A stretch of DNA of 64,000 bases, taken from positions 16,240 through 80,239 of the forward strand of contig JAWOEX010000038.1 in NCBI GenBank assembly GCA_046482545.1, written 5' to 3'. Below, piece after piece: positions 48,936 through 58,446 of the stretch (its first letter is position 1; every line of letters starts with the position of its first letter). The stretch is from Candidatus Thorarchaeota archaeon. Its GTDB lineage: Archaea > Asgardarchaeota > Thorarchaeia > Thorarchaeales > Thorarchaeaceae. The notes beneath the pieces are model-generated. The model did not search any database and was not told the origin of the DNA. It saw only the letters and a list, made by a program, of their open reading frames with translations. The translations under genes and the position numbers were made by a program.

Positions 48936-49110
48936 TGCCGCTGAATAGAAGGGCCGCTATTACAAATAGTATGGCTGCAGAAGGTATCAGCATGATAAAT
49001 CCCTCTTGCCGTTTCACTTCACGAACCTCTGTGCGTGGGCCGAAATAGTATGTGAGCAATAGCAGAACACCCAGCACCACTAAGCCAATGGTTAACCCTT
49101 CATGTGCCAT
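48925..49110 (-). CDS. Small two-TM membrane protein
   Basis: MAHEGLTIGLVVLG... with two hydrophobic helices. Confidence 0.55.
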   Translation of the reverse strand: MAHEGLTIGLVVLGVLLLLTYYFGPRTEVREVKRQEGFIMLIPSAAILFVIAALLFSGIIG

Positions 49111-49205
49111 CGTATTCACGCATATTAATGGTTCACAGCAATGCCTGTTAAATGTAGTTGTAACTTGTCGCGAAATCACATTACCTAGTATGCAAGAAAA
49201 GGAGT

Positions 49206-49478
49206 CTATTGCAGGAACTGCCGGAAAACATGATTAAATTTGGCACGTATTTCCTTTGCCCTGTCGGTGTCCGCCAAATACAATGGCTGACGCATATCTT
49301 GTAAGTTTGGAATCTTGCGACAAAGTTGTCTCCCCATGAGCTTTCTTAGAGCAAAACTAACCGTTCGTGGGGCCAAATCTACTTCCTTGCTAATATCCTT
49401 AGGAGTCATCGGTCCCTCTTTACTTAATTTGTTGAGGATGACTATAGCACTCTTAGGGAGCTCAAGTGACACTAACAA
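49206..49478 (-). CDS. MarR-like winged-helix regulator
   Basis: LPKSAIVIL..L...GPMTPKDI..LAPRTVSFALRKL..PNLQDMRQPLY. Confidence 0.8.
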   Translation of the reverse strand: MLVSLELPKSAIVILNKLSKEGPMTPKDISKEVDLAPRTVSFALRKLMGRQLCRKIPNLQDMRQPLYLADTDRAKEIRAKFNHVFRQFLQ

Positions 49479-49670
49479 CTCTCTCCATCGCTTTTTGAAA
49501 TTACCTTCCTATTTCTACTTTACTCCCTTCCTGCATATAAGAAATAACATGAACGCACTAAGTAGTGTACCGGTAAGAGAACTTATCAGAATCCCACCAT
49601 CTAGGAGAATCAAAGCCCCTATTACGGGCCTAGAAAGTATCTCAGATTATTGTGGAGGATAAGAGTCACC

Positions 49671-50663
49671 TTGAAGAAGAAAGTGTTTGTTACGCGAGAA
49701 ATTCCAGATTCCGGTCTGAATCAAATAAAGAAGGAATTTAGCACGGATATCTGGGAATATACTAGAGCACCGACTAAGGACGAGCTTATAAAACGAGCTC
49801 AATATTGCCATGGTTTAGTCACTCTATTATCTGATCCGATAGATTCTGCTCTTCTAGACCAGCTCGACCAGCTCTCAATCATAGCACAGTATGCTGTTGG
49901 ATACGACAATATAGACATGGAAGCAGCCACCTCAAATGGTATCATGGTTACAAACACACCAGGAGTTCTTACTGATGCCACTGCTGATCTCACATGGGCA
50001 CTCATAATGGCATCAGCCCGGAGAATTGCCGAAGCAGACTCATATGTCAGAGAGGGGCAATGGAAAGTTTCCTGGGGGCCGAAGATGCTTCTGGGAAAGG
50101 AGGTGGCTGGTGCTACACTGGGCATCGTTGGGCTCGGGAGAATTGGGAGTGCTGTGGCCAGAAGAGCAAAAGGTTTCTCCATGGATATCTTGTTTCATAC
50201 AAGATCTGAAACAAATCGAACTAGAAGCATTGCAGAGGACCTGAATGCAAGGAGGGTAGAATTCGATGAGCTCCTACAGGAATCGGATATTGTGTCCCTC
50301 CATGTCCCGTTGACCCCTGAAACCGAAGCAATGATAGATGAAAGAGAACTCGAAATGATGAAGGAAGGATCCATTCTAGTTAATACATCCCGAGGAGAAG
50401 TAATTAACGAAAAAGCTCTCTTCCGTGCTCTGAAAGAAGGACACCTCTTTGCCGCGGGTCTGGATGTCTTTGAAGACGAACCGATTCTACAAGACAATCC
50501 TTTGCTTCAAATTGATAATGTAGTTCTCGCTCCGCACATAGGAAGTGCAACACTGGAGACAAGGTCAAGGATGGCTGAAATTTGTGCTGAAAACCTGAGC
50601 AAGGGCTTAAAGGGAGAACGTCCGCCTAATCTAGTGAACTCTGAGGTGTTAAATCATGGATGA
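49671..50663 (+). CDS. gyaR: Glyoxylate reductase / D-2-hydroxyacid dehydrogenase
   Basis: AVGYDNID, NTPGVLT, GLGRIG, NTSRG, GLDVFEDEP, APHIGSAT. Confidence 0.9.
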   Translation: MKKKVFVTREIPDSGLNQIKKEFSTDIWEYTRAPTKDELIKRAQYCHGLVTLLSDPIDSALLDQLDQLSIIAQYAVGYDNIDMEAATSNGIMVTNTPGVLTDATADLTWALIMASARRIAEADSYVREGQWKVSWGPKMLLGKEVAGATLGIVGLGRIGSAVARRAKGFSMDILFHTRSETNRTRSIAEDLNARRVEFDELLQESDIVSLHVPLTPETEAMIDERELEMMKEGSILVNTSRGEVINEKALFRALKEGHLFAAGLDVFEDEPILQDNPLLQIDNVVLAPHIGSATLETRSRMAEICAENLSKGLKGERPPNLVNSEVLNHG

Positions 50664-51195
50664 AAACAAGGCTACAAAGTTGTTGAAATCGCGCTCATCT
50701 GTAAGGAATTTCTCCGATGAACCGTTACCCCGCGAGATTCTCGATGATATTCTCAAAGCTGCTCTCAGAGCTCCCTCAGCAGGGAATAGGCAACCTTGGA
50801 GAATATACGTTGTAAGGGATAGGTTGAAGAAAAAATCTCTTGCGGAAGCAGCCTACGGACAAAGTTTCATCGTTGAAGCCCCTGTTGCATGTGTAGTTTG
50901 TGCTGTGCCATCTGAGTCCGCTCATCGATATGGAGAAAGGGGAAGAGATCTCTACTCTATTCAAGACACAGCAGCTCTTACCTACAGTATCCTGCTTAGC
51001 GCGCATTTTGCGGGGTATGCCGGGTGTTGGATAGGGGCATTTAACGAAGAAGATGTTTCTACAGTTCTCGCTCTTCCTTCAACGATGAGACCAGTTTCAA
51101 TTATACCACTTGGAAGAGCCGCTCCGGAAGAAGAAACCAGAACGAGCCGTAAACCGCTATCAGAAGTTGTAGTCCGGCAAAGTGAAAGCACGTAG
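50656..51195 (+). CDS. Nitroreductase family protein
   Basis: RSSVRNF, APSAGNRQPW, GCWIGAF, RKPL. Confidence 0.9.
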   Translation: MDENKATKLLKSRSSVRNFSDEPLPREILDDILKAALRAPSAGNRQPWRIYVVRDRLKKKSLAEAAYGQSFIVEAPVACVVCAVPSESAHRYGERGRDLYSIQDTAALTYSILLSAHFAGYAGCWIGAFNEEDVSTVLALPSTMRPVSIIPLGRAAPEEETRTSRKPLSEVVVRQSEST

Positions 51196-51355
51196 ACTTT
51201 TGGCAAGAAAAGATTCACTACTTGTATGAACTTCATGGGCCAATGGAAAGTTCAAATCCATTTTTCTAGCCGTTAGAGCAGATTCCAAGATGTTTCACAA
51301 ATAGCGGCTTTACCGTTTGGCACGAAGTGAAGCGGTAGATTACGCACTAGCTTAG

Positions 51356-51395
51356 AAAAAATCAAAAAAAAGAGTTGTGGGGACCGAAGTCCCCA
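51356..51395 (-). terminator. UUCG hairpin plus U-tracts after the large S8 protease gene
   Basis: Minus strand reads TGGGGAC-TTCG-GTCCCCA, then TTTTTTT. Confidence 0.75.
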
Positions 51396-51410
51396 TCTTA
51401 AACTGTAAGG

Positions 51411-54400
51411 CTACTTTCTCTTCACGAGGAAGAGAATGAGCACTACTACAACACCAACACCGACGCCGGCGACTAGACCCAGAAGCCACACTGGTATAAG
51501 CGGTTCCTCCGGGGGTGTCGTCGTAGTGGTTGTCGTGGTCGTTGGAGGCTCGGTTTCAACGTTGCCAGCACTGAACGAAGACGAGTAAGCACGAGTCTCA
51601 AAGCCTGGCCAGTACGTGGCCGGTAGCTCGTAGGTCGCGCGATCGATAGCCTCATCGTTGTCGAAACAACGAATCTGGATCATGTAGGTGTCCAGTTCCT
51701 CAAAACCATCAGAGTCCCACTCATAGGTGGTCTCGTTAAGGTCCTTGGCGAGGAGCTGGTAGGTCTCACCTTCATCAGCTGACACTAGCACTTCGTAGTA
51801 GAGCGCATCATCAGCGTTCCTGTCGGTCGCATCCCACTCAATCGTCTTGACAACATCACCAGTAACGGTCACATTCTCTACAACGGGTGCAAAGAAGTTG
51901 TTAATGGTAATGTCGGGTATCTCCAGGCTGTAATCGATGTTAGTACCCGTATCACTGTCAATCAGCACTGAGAATTCACCGTTAGCCAGAAGGTAGTAGG
52001 TGTCAATCTCGAAGCTCTTGACGTAAGCCCGGTCAGGCTCAAGACCAACTCTGGTATCGACTTTGACATCGAACGTGCCAGGCTGACCATCGTAGTTAAA
52101 GACACCAATCATTAGAGTGCCGTCTCTGTCTGCCTCGAACTCACCTTTCTCTGGCTTGTCACCAGTTGCCATCTGATCCTCTAGCACGTTGTTGCCATAG
52201 GTCCAGGAGCTGTTGTCGGTATCCTTCCACCACGCCATGATGTCACAGTCACCATTGGTGAAATCAACGGTCACTCTGACTGGATCACCGGCATTGATGT
52301 CAGGCACCTCAACCCATGCGAACTGGTCCAAATCGATGGCTCCTGAGAACGGATCATAACCGGAATCAGGAATCACCAATTCGTTTCCAGTAGACTCGAA
52401 CAACATACCCTTGAGAATCTTCATCTCGAGAGACGTAATCTCATAGTCGGGCATATTGGCCAGTGTCGCATCGGCCCAAGTAGCGTTCATGACAACGTGG
52501 TCACCTTCAGCGGTACCGCCCTCGGTGATTGAGTCATAACCAAGCTTGTCTCGTGCTGTCCAGTACAAGCTCAGCGAGGGTTCTGGTATCTCCTCGTAAC
52601 ACATCACGTTGACGGTGAAGTTCTGAGGCATCGGATCGCCTTCCATCGATAGAGTGTTGACGAAGACCGCATACAAACCTGTGCTGTCAATGCTAGCAAC
52701 AGCTGAGGAGCTCGTGTCACTTGGCTTGATGGCGCCGGCTGAATCAGCCATAACCATGCCTTCCATAGAGACAATAGCTACCTCGAACTCAGTGTCAGCA
52801 CCTTCCCAGGTCACCTTCGCACCGAGATACTCAGCAGATGTGTTGGTCACGTCCACCATGTAGGTGAAGTGGTCCGCTGAACTCTCGCCGTAATAGGTGT
52901 CCCAAGGTCCAACTGCCGTACCGTGCTCGTAAGGAGTCCAGACATCACCATAGCCATCAGCAACCAAGAGCTCTTCGCCCTTAGAAGTATCAATGGCTGT
53001 TGTGACGTGGTAGGAGTATGGTAGCTTCTTGACGTATCCAGTCTCAGCAGTATCATCGAAGACGATGAATCCGTGGTGTATACCAGGATCAGCGTCTGCA
53101 CCAACCGTCAGGTTAGCCCAGATGCTATCAGTATCGTCACCGAAATCGAAACTGGCCGCATCAACTGCGTTCGTCTCCTCCCAAATCATGATGCTGACGT
53201 TCAGCTCGTTGCCGCCATCGTATGGCCACTCCCAGATGGTGTCATCATGGATCGACACAATCGACGTGTTCTGGAATAGATTGGTCAAACCGTCCGGGTG
53301 AGCCAAATCCATCTTGATGACGTTAGAGCCTGAACCACCAAACTGGATTCGGGTAAGCTCATCACCCTCTTCCGTGGAGGTATTGTAGTAGTCAGGAACA
53401 TCATTGGCATTCTTGTCATCCCAATCGAAGACAAATGACCATAGATCGTCGTTGTTGTCAAAGGTGGCATAATCACCACTAATGACAATCGTCGCATATG
53501 TAGCGCTCTCGAAATCTGACCATTCAGATGCACTCATCTCCTCAGATAGGTCAAAGTAACCAGCTTTGGTCGTATTATGACCCATTGAGACAGACTCGTT
53601 GTAAATCCAAGTTTCCCAGACATCAGAATACATCGTGTTAATCTGGTACTGCCTCGCCTCAATCGTGGCGAAGTCCGCAGTACTCACATATGTGCCACCT
53701 GCGAACTGTCCAGTTAAGGAGATATTCGAGGTGTCTCCAGGTGCTAGCGAGCCATAAAACAACGAACTGTCCTTGTGACCGTCAGGAGCTGCATCTTCAA
53801 TCAGTATGTCCTCAGCATAGGGATCCATCCACGCGGCCCAAGCAGACTGTACCGAGTCAACGTAGTTGCTTGATGAGTCAGTATTGTACCACCAGACACC
53901 ATCAGTAAGATCGGTATCGACCGCTTTGATGTAGTCAATAGCGCCTTGTGCATCAACTCTACCGTGACCTTGTGTGAAGCCATCGTAGCCGAGGTCCTTA
54001 GCACTGCTCTGTATTGATGTCTTGATATCACTGGGTTCAGGATCACCCAATTCAGTTGCAGCTTGTGCAACAAGTGCAGCCACACCAACAGTTACCGGAC
54101 ATGCCATGCTGGTTCCACCAAAGCCCTGGTATGGGGTCGTGCCCCAAATCGGGTCATCGTACATACCCCACGCATAATCTGAGTAGTATGGGTGTACTGC
54201 ATAACCGTACGCACCGGGCGCCACAACATCTGGCTTGGAATAGCCGGAGAATAGTGGTCCTCTCGATGAGAACGATGCTATCTGATCAGCACCCTGACCC
54301 GGACCATATGTGTCCTGGTAGTAGTGATTGGCGGTCGAAGCTCCGACATGAAGTATCGACGCAGCGCTCGGTGGGGTTGTTGTCGCAAATCCAGGTCCAG

Positions 54401-56273
54401 AGTTACCGGACGAGAACGCATAGAGCATTCCCGGGTATTCGGAACCGAAGTATCCTGGTGTTGACAATGCTAGATAGACCAGTGACGCAAACCCGTAGAA
54501 CTCGTAGTTCTGGTCGGCTATCCATCCCCAGGAGTTACTCGTCATGTTCATCTTGTGTGTGCTATTGACGTTCCACTCGAAGAAGCCGCTAGTGGAGTTG
54601 TAATCAAATCCTGCAACCCACATATTGGCACCAAACTGAGTTCCAAGTCCCACAGTCGAAATACCGAGGACTGTACTCTGATTGGCAATACCGTACAGCT
54701 TCTCAGATGTACCGTTGAAACCGACAGGATGGTCGAGCACTCCACGCCCTGCAATGAGGCTTGCACACGCTGTTCCGTGACTATCATCGTCATACATGAT
54801 ACCGACTAATCGGCCACCAAGGCCAATACCATCGACCATGCCAATGCCGAAAATCGGATCCCAGACATGTGCTAGGACACCGAGACCGAAGTCTACAATG
54901 CCATCGTCATCCTCATCCCACGCAACTACAACATGCTTGTTGTCGATAGTTCCGCCAGTGGTGTTGTACCACCAGTCATCATCAAGGTCATCTACGAAGC
55001 TCCAGTCACCAAGATCATTGAAGTAATCCCAGGAACTGGTTTCATTGAAGTACATAAGCTCTGCGTAGATGTTCAGGTTCCAGAACTGGGTGTGAGCAAC
55101 AGTCGTATTCCAGTCTATGATGAGCTTCTGCCCCGTTTCTCCGTTGAGAACGAGGGCTGGAGCAAACATCTTAGCATATGGTGTGTAACGCTGCTGCATG
55201 ACATATCCTGTACAGTAGTAAGGAATAGTGTCATTGTCAGTATTGGTCCAGTTATAGAAGAAGCTATTGGCTTGTGTTAGCGACGGATCAGGCAGTTCCA
55301 TGTCTTGCCTCAGGACGTTATAATAATAGTCCGTGAGATTAGACTCTGCCGGATATCCATCGGGATACCACGCGCCAAGATAGGCTTCAAAGAACCAGTC
55401 TAGGGTGACCACACTGCCTTGATAATTGACATATGGGTCCCAACCGGTCGTATTGACATAATACTTGCCATCCTTCTCATAACTGAGCAGATTCCATGAA
55501 GAGGCTTCTAGGTAGGCAGTCACGTTCTCTACGTTTGTGGCATTAACTCGATAAAGAGTCAATCCCTCAGCAAACCCACTTGGATCGTAGCTTGTTGGCA
55601 TCCCAGTCTCATCTATGTCTACAGCATCATACAAGTCAGGATGGCTGAAATCGACACCAGTGTCAACAACGCCGACTCTGATATCTGTACCATCGTAACC
55701 TTCGCCATAGGCATAATCGCCACCAACAAGGTCCTTGACCTCGTACATCTGTGGCTCTGAGTCTCTGGGTTGCTCAAGATCCGGCCTAGCGCTCAAATCG
55801 CTACCAGTATCCCTGTAGGTCTGGTCTGCGAACACAGAAGCAACACCTTCAAAGCTCTCTAATTCGGTAAGCGCATCAGCGCTGTCTACATAAGCACTCA
55901 CGACTGTCGCAACCTTGAAGTCAGCTTTCCAGTTGACTTGCACAAGGTTCTCAAGAGCCGCCAGGTCAGCACCGTCGTTCACTACGACAAGAACACCAAC
56001 GTCTCCATCGGCGTTAGTCGCAACTTTGTCGGGTGCTACACCTGTTTCTTTGTAGCTTGCTAGAACCGAATCAAGAACCCCATCCAGACGTGATTCGTCC
56101 AGATATTCCTCCCAGTTGTCCATCACCGTCTGAGGTGTAGACACGTCAGGAGAGGAATTGTCGGGGGTTGCAACCTGTGACTGAGCCATGGGCCTGTGGG
56201 GAACGACTCCAAACATACCTAGAGTCATCACTCCAATCAGGAGCATAACCGCAATTTTTCTCAGGTTGTTCAT
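51411..56273 (-). CDS. Large membrane-anchored subtilisin-like (S8) protease
   Basis: Signal peptide; triad VVDTG, SHGT, GTSMACP; oxyanion SGNSG; poly-Thr, TM helix and KRK tail. Confidence 0.9.
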   Translation of the reverse strand: MNNLRKIAVMLLIGVMTLGMFGVVPHRPMAQSQVATPDNSSPDVSTPQTVMDNWEEYLDESRLDGVLDSVLASYKETGVAPDKVATNADGDVGVLVVVNDGADLAALENLVQVNWKADFKVATVVSAYVDSADALTELESFEGVASVFADQTYRDTGSDLSARPDLEQPRDSEPQMYEVKDLVGGDYAYGEGYDGTDIRVGVVDTGVDFSHPDLYDAVDIDETGMPTSYDPSGFAEGLTLYRVNATNVENVTAYLEASSWNLLSYEKDGKYYVNTTGWDPYVNYQGSVVTLDWFFEAYLGAWYPDGYPAESNLTDYYYNVLRQDMELPDPSLTQANSFFYNWTNTDNDTIPYYCTGYVMQQRYTPYAKMFAPALVLNGETGQKLIIDWNTTVAHTQFWNLNIYAELMYFNETSSWDYFNDLGDWSFVDDLDDDWWYNTTGGTIDNKHVVVAWDEDDDGIVDFGLGVLAHVWDPIFGIGMVDGIGLGGRLVGIMYDDDSHGTACASLIAGRGVLDHPVGFNGTSEKLYGIANQSTVLGISTVGLGTQFGANMWVAGFDYNSTSGFFEWNVNSTHKMNMTSNSWGWIADQNYEFYGFASLVYLALSTPGYFGSEYPGMLYAFSSGNSGPGFATTTPPSAASILHVGASTANHYYQDTYGPGQGADQIASFSSRGPLFSGYSKPDVVAPGAYGYAVHPYYSDYAWGMYDDPIWGTTPYQGFGGTSMACPVTVGVAALVAQAATELGDPEPSDIKTSIQSSAKDLGYDGFTQGHGRVDAQGAIDYIKAVDTDLTDGVWWYNTDSSSNYVDSVQSAWAAWMDPYAEDILIEDAAPDGHKDSSLFYGSLAPGDTSNISLTGQFAGGTYVSTADFATIEARQYQINTMYSDVWETWIYNESVSMGHNTTKAGYFDLSEEMSASEWSDFESATYATIVISGDYATFDNNDDLWSFVFDWDDKNANDVPDYYNTSTEEGDELTRIQFGGSGSNVIKMDLAHPDGLTNLFQNTSIVSIHDDTIWEWPYDGGNELNVSIMIWEETNAVDAASFDFGDDTDSIWANLTVGADADPGIHHGFIVFDDTAETGYVKKLPYSYHVTTAIDTSKGEELLVADGYGDVWTPYEHGTAVGPWDTYYGESSADHFTYMVDVTNTSAEYLGAKVTWEGADTEFEVAIVSMEGMVMADSAGAIKPSDTSSSAVASIDSTGLYAVFVNTLSMEGDPMPQNFTVNVMCYEEIPEPSLSLYWTARDKLGYDSITEGGTAEGDHVVMNATWADATLANMPDYEITSLEMKILKGMLFESTGNELVIPDSGYDPFSGAIDLDQFAWVEVPDINAGDPVRVTVDFTNGDCDIMAWWKDTDNSSWTYGNNVLEDQMATGDKPEKGEFEADRDGTLMIGVFNYDGQPGTFDVKVDTRVGLEPDRAYVKSFEIDTYYLLANGEFSVLIDSDTGTNIDYSLEIPDITINNFFAPVVENVTVTGDVVKTIEWDATDRNADDALYYEVLVSADEGETYQLLAKDLNETTYEWDSDGFEELDTYMIQIRCFDNDEAIDRATYELPATYWPGFETRAYSSSFSAGNVETEPPTTTTTTTTTPPEEPLIPVWLLGLVAGVGVGVVVVLILFLVKRK

Positions 56274-56737
56274 CTTAATATTTCTCCTCACAATTTTTCC
56301 ACAGAGAACTGTTCAGCGTCATGCCAAGCTTAGTTCTGGCATAGTTTCTATCGCCGATATACCTCAAACGCTTGTCTGATAAATCGCAAGCGCCTCTCCT
56401 CTAACGCATCCTCTGTGTTACTGTGATTGTATTACTTTTTGCCTTCGGCCTCTATTAAGCGTTCCCCCTCATTTGGAAAGTTAAATTATCTTTTGAGAGT
56501 ATATCACGCAATTTCGGAGATGTAGATTCATGTATTTACTGGAAAAGGAGTTATGCTATCTCCATGACGAAATCGTGATGGCGATAATATCTGAAACTGG
56601 TTTTGGTAGTCATTTATCTTGGTGATATCATCACACTTCTGAGCAGGATGTGGATGCTTGGAAATGTGACATAGATAATCGGCAAATGACGGCGACGAGA
56701 ACCACAGAAGGGAAGCGTGTGAAGAAATCACGCATGA

Positions 56738-57859
56738 CTAAGATTCACGTGTCATACGCTTAATCCCATCAACCATTTCGTGAACCATCATTACTGCACC
56801 AATCATCTCTACTTTGTCCTCTTGTTTCTCGACCTCATCAGCACTCCCAGCAACTCTGTTGAGGGCCTTTCCAAGTTGTTCAAGTAGTTTGGTCAGCGCA
56901 TTCTTCGCGGCAGGTTCAAGCGAGCTGGACTTAATTCTGGAAATGAGTTCAGCAATATCAGAGATAATGCTCTCAGCTACATCAGAAGCAGTTTCCGACC
57001 TACGATTGATTTCATCAAGTCTCTTATCTCGATCCTTTAGTTCTTGTTGAATACTCGTCAGCTTCTCCATAACATCCTTGGGGATAGTCTTCTTACCAGC
57101 CGGCTGTTCCTCCTGAAGCTTCTCGACTTGCTCCTCCAGTGCCTGAATTTTCTCATCTTTCTCCTTGACCTCTTTTTGGATGATCTCCTCCACATCATAT
57201 TCTGGTTGAGCTCTGACCTCAGAGGCGGCCTCAAGTTCCTCTTCCATCTCAGTCAGTGATGCTTCTCTAGCCTGAAGCTCATCTTGCAGAGATTCAACTT
57301 GGGTTTGTAAATTCTCAAGGGTCTCTTCTCGCTCGCTAAGAAATTCGTTCAATCGCTTGTTTTCAGCTTCAAGCTCTGAAAAGCTCTCTTGCATTTTCTT
57401 GTAAGCCGTTCTCATCTCGCTCGTCTGCTGTTGAATCTGCACAGCATCCAAATCAGGTGGTGACACCATTTTAGCAGACAAAAGGCCAAGAACGATAGTG
57501 ACGGCGGCAACGTAGACAACACCTACAACAACGGATCCGAATACGATATCGGTCACAAACTGCAAGCGCCGCACTAAGGGCCACCAAGAGCCGAAAGTCA
57601 GTTCGGTTGGCCCCCACCAGACTGATCCAAAGCCTGCATACAAGACCGCAAGAATTGAAACGAGGAAGCTCCCCAAGCCAACAAAAACGATTACATTTCG
57701 CTTCATCTCTTCTCTAGGCAGATACCGTTGATATAGAAGCAATAGAATGGCAAGAAAAATCAACGGTAATACGTACGGTAGAACTGCTACCAAATCACTG
57801 CCGGGAAAAACGAAATCGATTGTCGGTTCTAGGACCATATAGGAGTCTGGGATGACCAA
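56738..57859 (-). CDS. Membrane protein (3 TM) with long coiled-coil tail
   Basis: N-terminal hydrophobic segments, then about 200 aa of E/Q/K-rich heptads. Confidence 0.75.
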   Translation of the reverse strand: MVIPDSYMVLEPTIDFVFPGSDLVAVLPYVLPLIFLAILLLLYQRYLPREEMKRNVIVFVGLGSFLVSILAVLYAGFGSVWWGPTELTFGSWWPLVRRLQFVTDIVFGSVVVGVVYVAAVTIVLGLLSAKMVSPPDLDAVQIQQQTSEMRTAYKKMQESFSELEAENKRLNEFLSEREETLENLQTQVESLQDELQAREASLTEMEEELEAASEVRAQPEYDVEEIIQKEVKEKDEKIQALEEQVEKLQEEQPAGKKTIPKDVMEKLTSIQQELKDRDKRLDEINRRSETASDVAESIISDIAELISRIKSSSLEPAAKNALTKLLEQLGKALNRVAGSADEVEKQEDKVEMIGAVMMVHEMVDGIKRMTRES

Positions 57860-57989
57860 TGTTGGACCTCCTCTTTTAGCAAGATACCTATGTCATCGGT
57901 GGGTTAAATATCTTACATGGATGAGTCCTCATAGCACTAGGAATCAATTGTATCATCTACAAGAGGGGAAAATGGTCTGTAGCTTTTGT

Positions 57990-58283
57990 CTACTCGTCCC
58001 AGAGTTTCGCCTTTGCCTTTTCATGTTCTGCGGCAATCATCTCTAACGAGTTGAAGAGCCTGCATACTTCCTCGATTGAAAGCAGAAACGCTCCTTTCAC
58101 ATCGCGATCCTCACCAAGAGAAAGTCTCACTTTCCCATCGTTCACCCACCCTTCTTGACTCTTCGTAGGAGGGTTATACTGCACTTCCATCCAAGTCCGT
58201 CTTGTTTTGCCTGCATCGTCGTCATAGAAGTGTTTCAGCTGCAATCTCCGCTTGTATTTCCATTCTTTCTTGTTCTTACTCAT
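57990..58283 (-). CDS. Small hypothetical protein
   Basis: ORF from ATG 58283; beta-strand-rich N-terminal part and C-terminal helix. Confidence 0.6.
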   Translation of the reverse strand: MSKNKKEWKYKRRLQLKHFYDDDAGKTRRTWMEVQYNPPTKSQEGWVNDGKVRLSLGEDRDVKGAFLLSIEEVCRLFNSLEMIAAEHEKAKAKLWDE

Positions 58284-58446
58284 AATTGAACCCCCATGGT
58301 TCTTCTTAGTTACAAACACACAGAAATCGCTATTGGATTTCTCTCTCGTATTTTCCGAGTAAAATTTTTGCAATAATACAAAATCACCTTCAAGAATAAA
58401 CTTATGAGATAATCAAACTCATTCCACGCGAAAGGGTTCGATTAAG

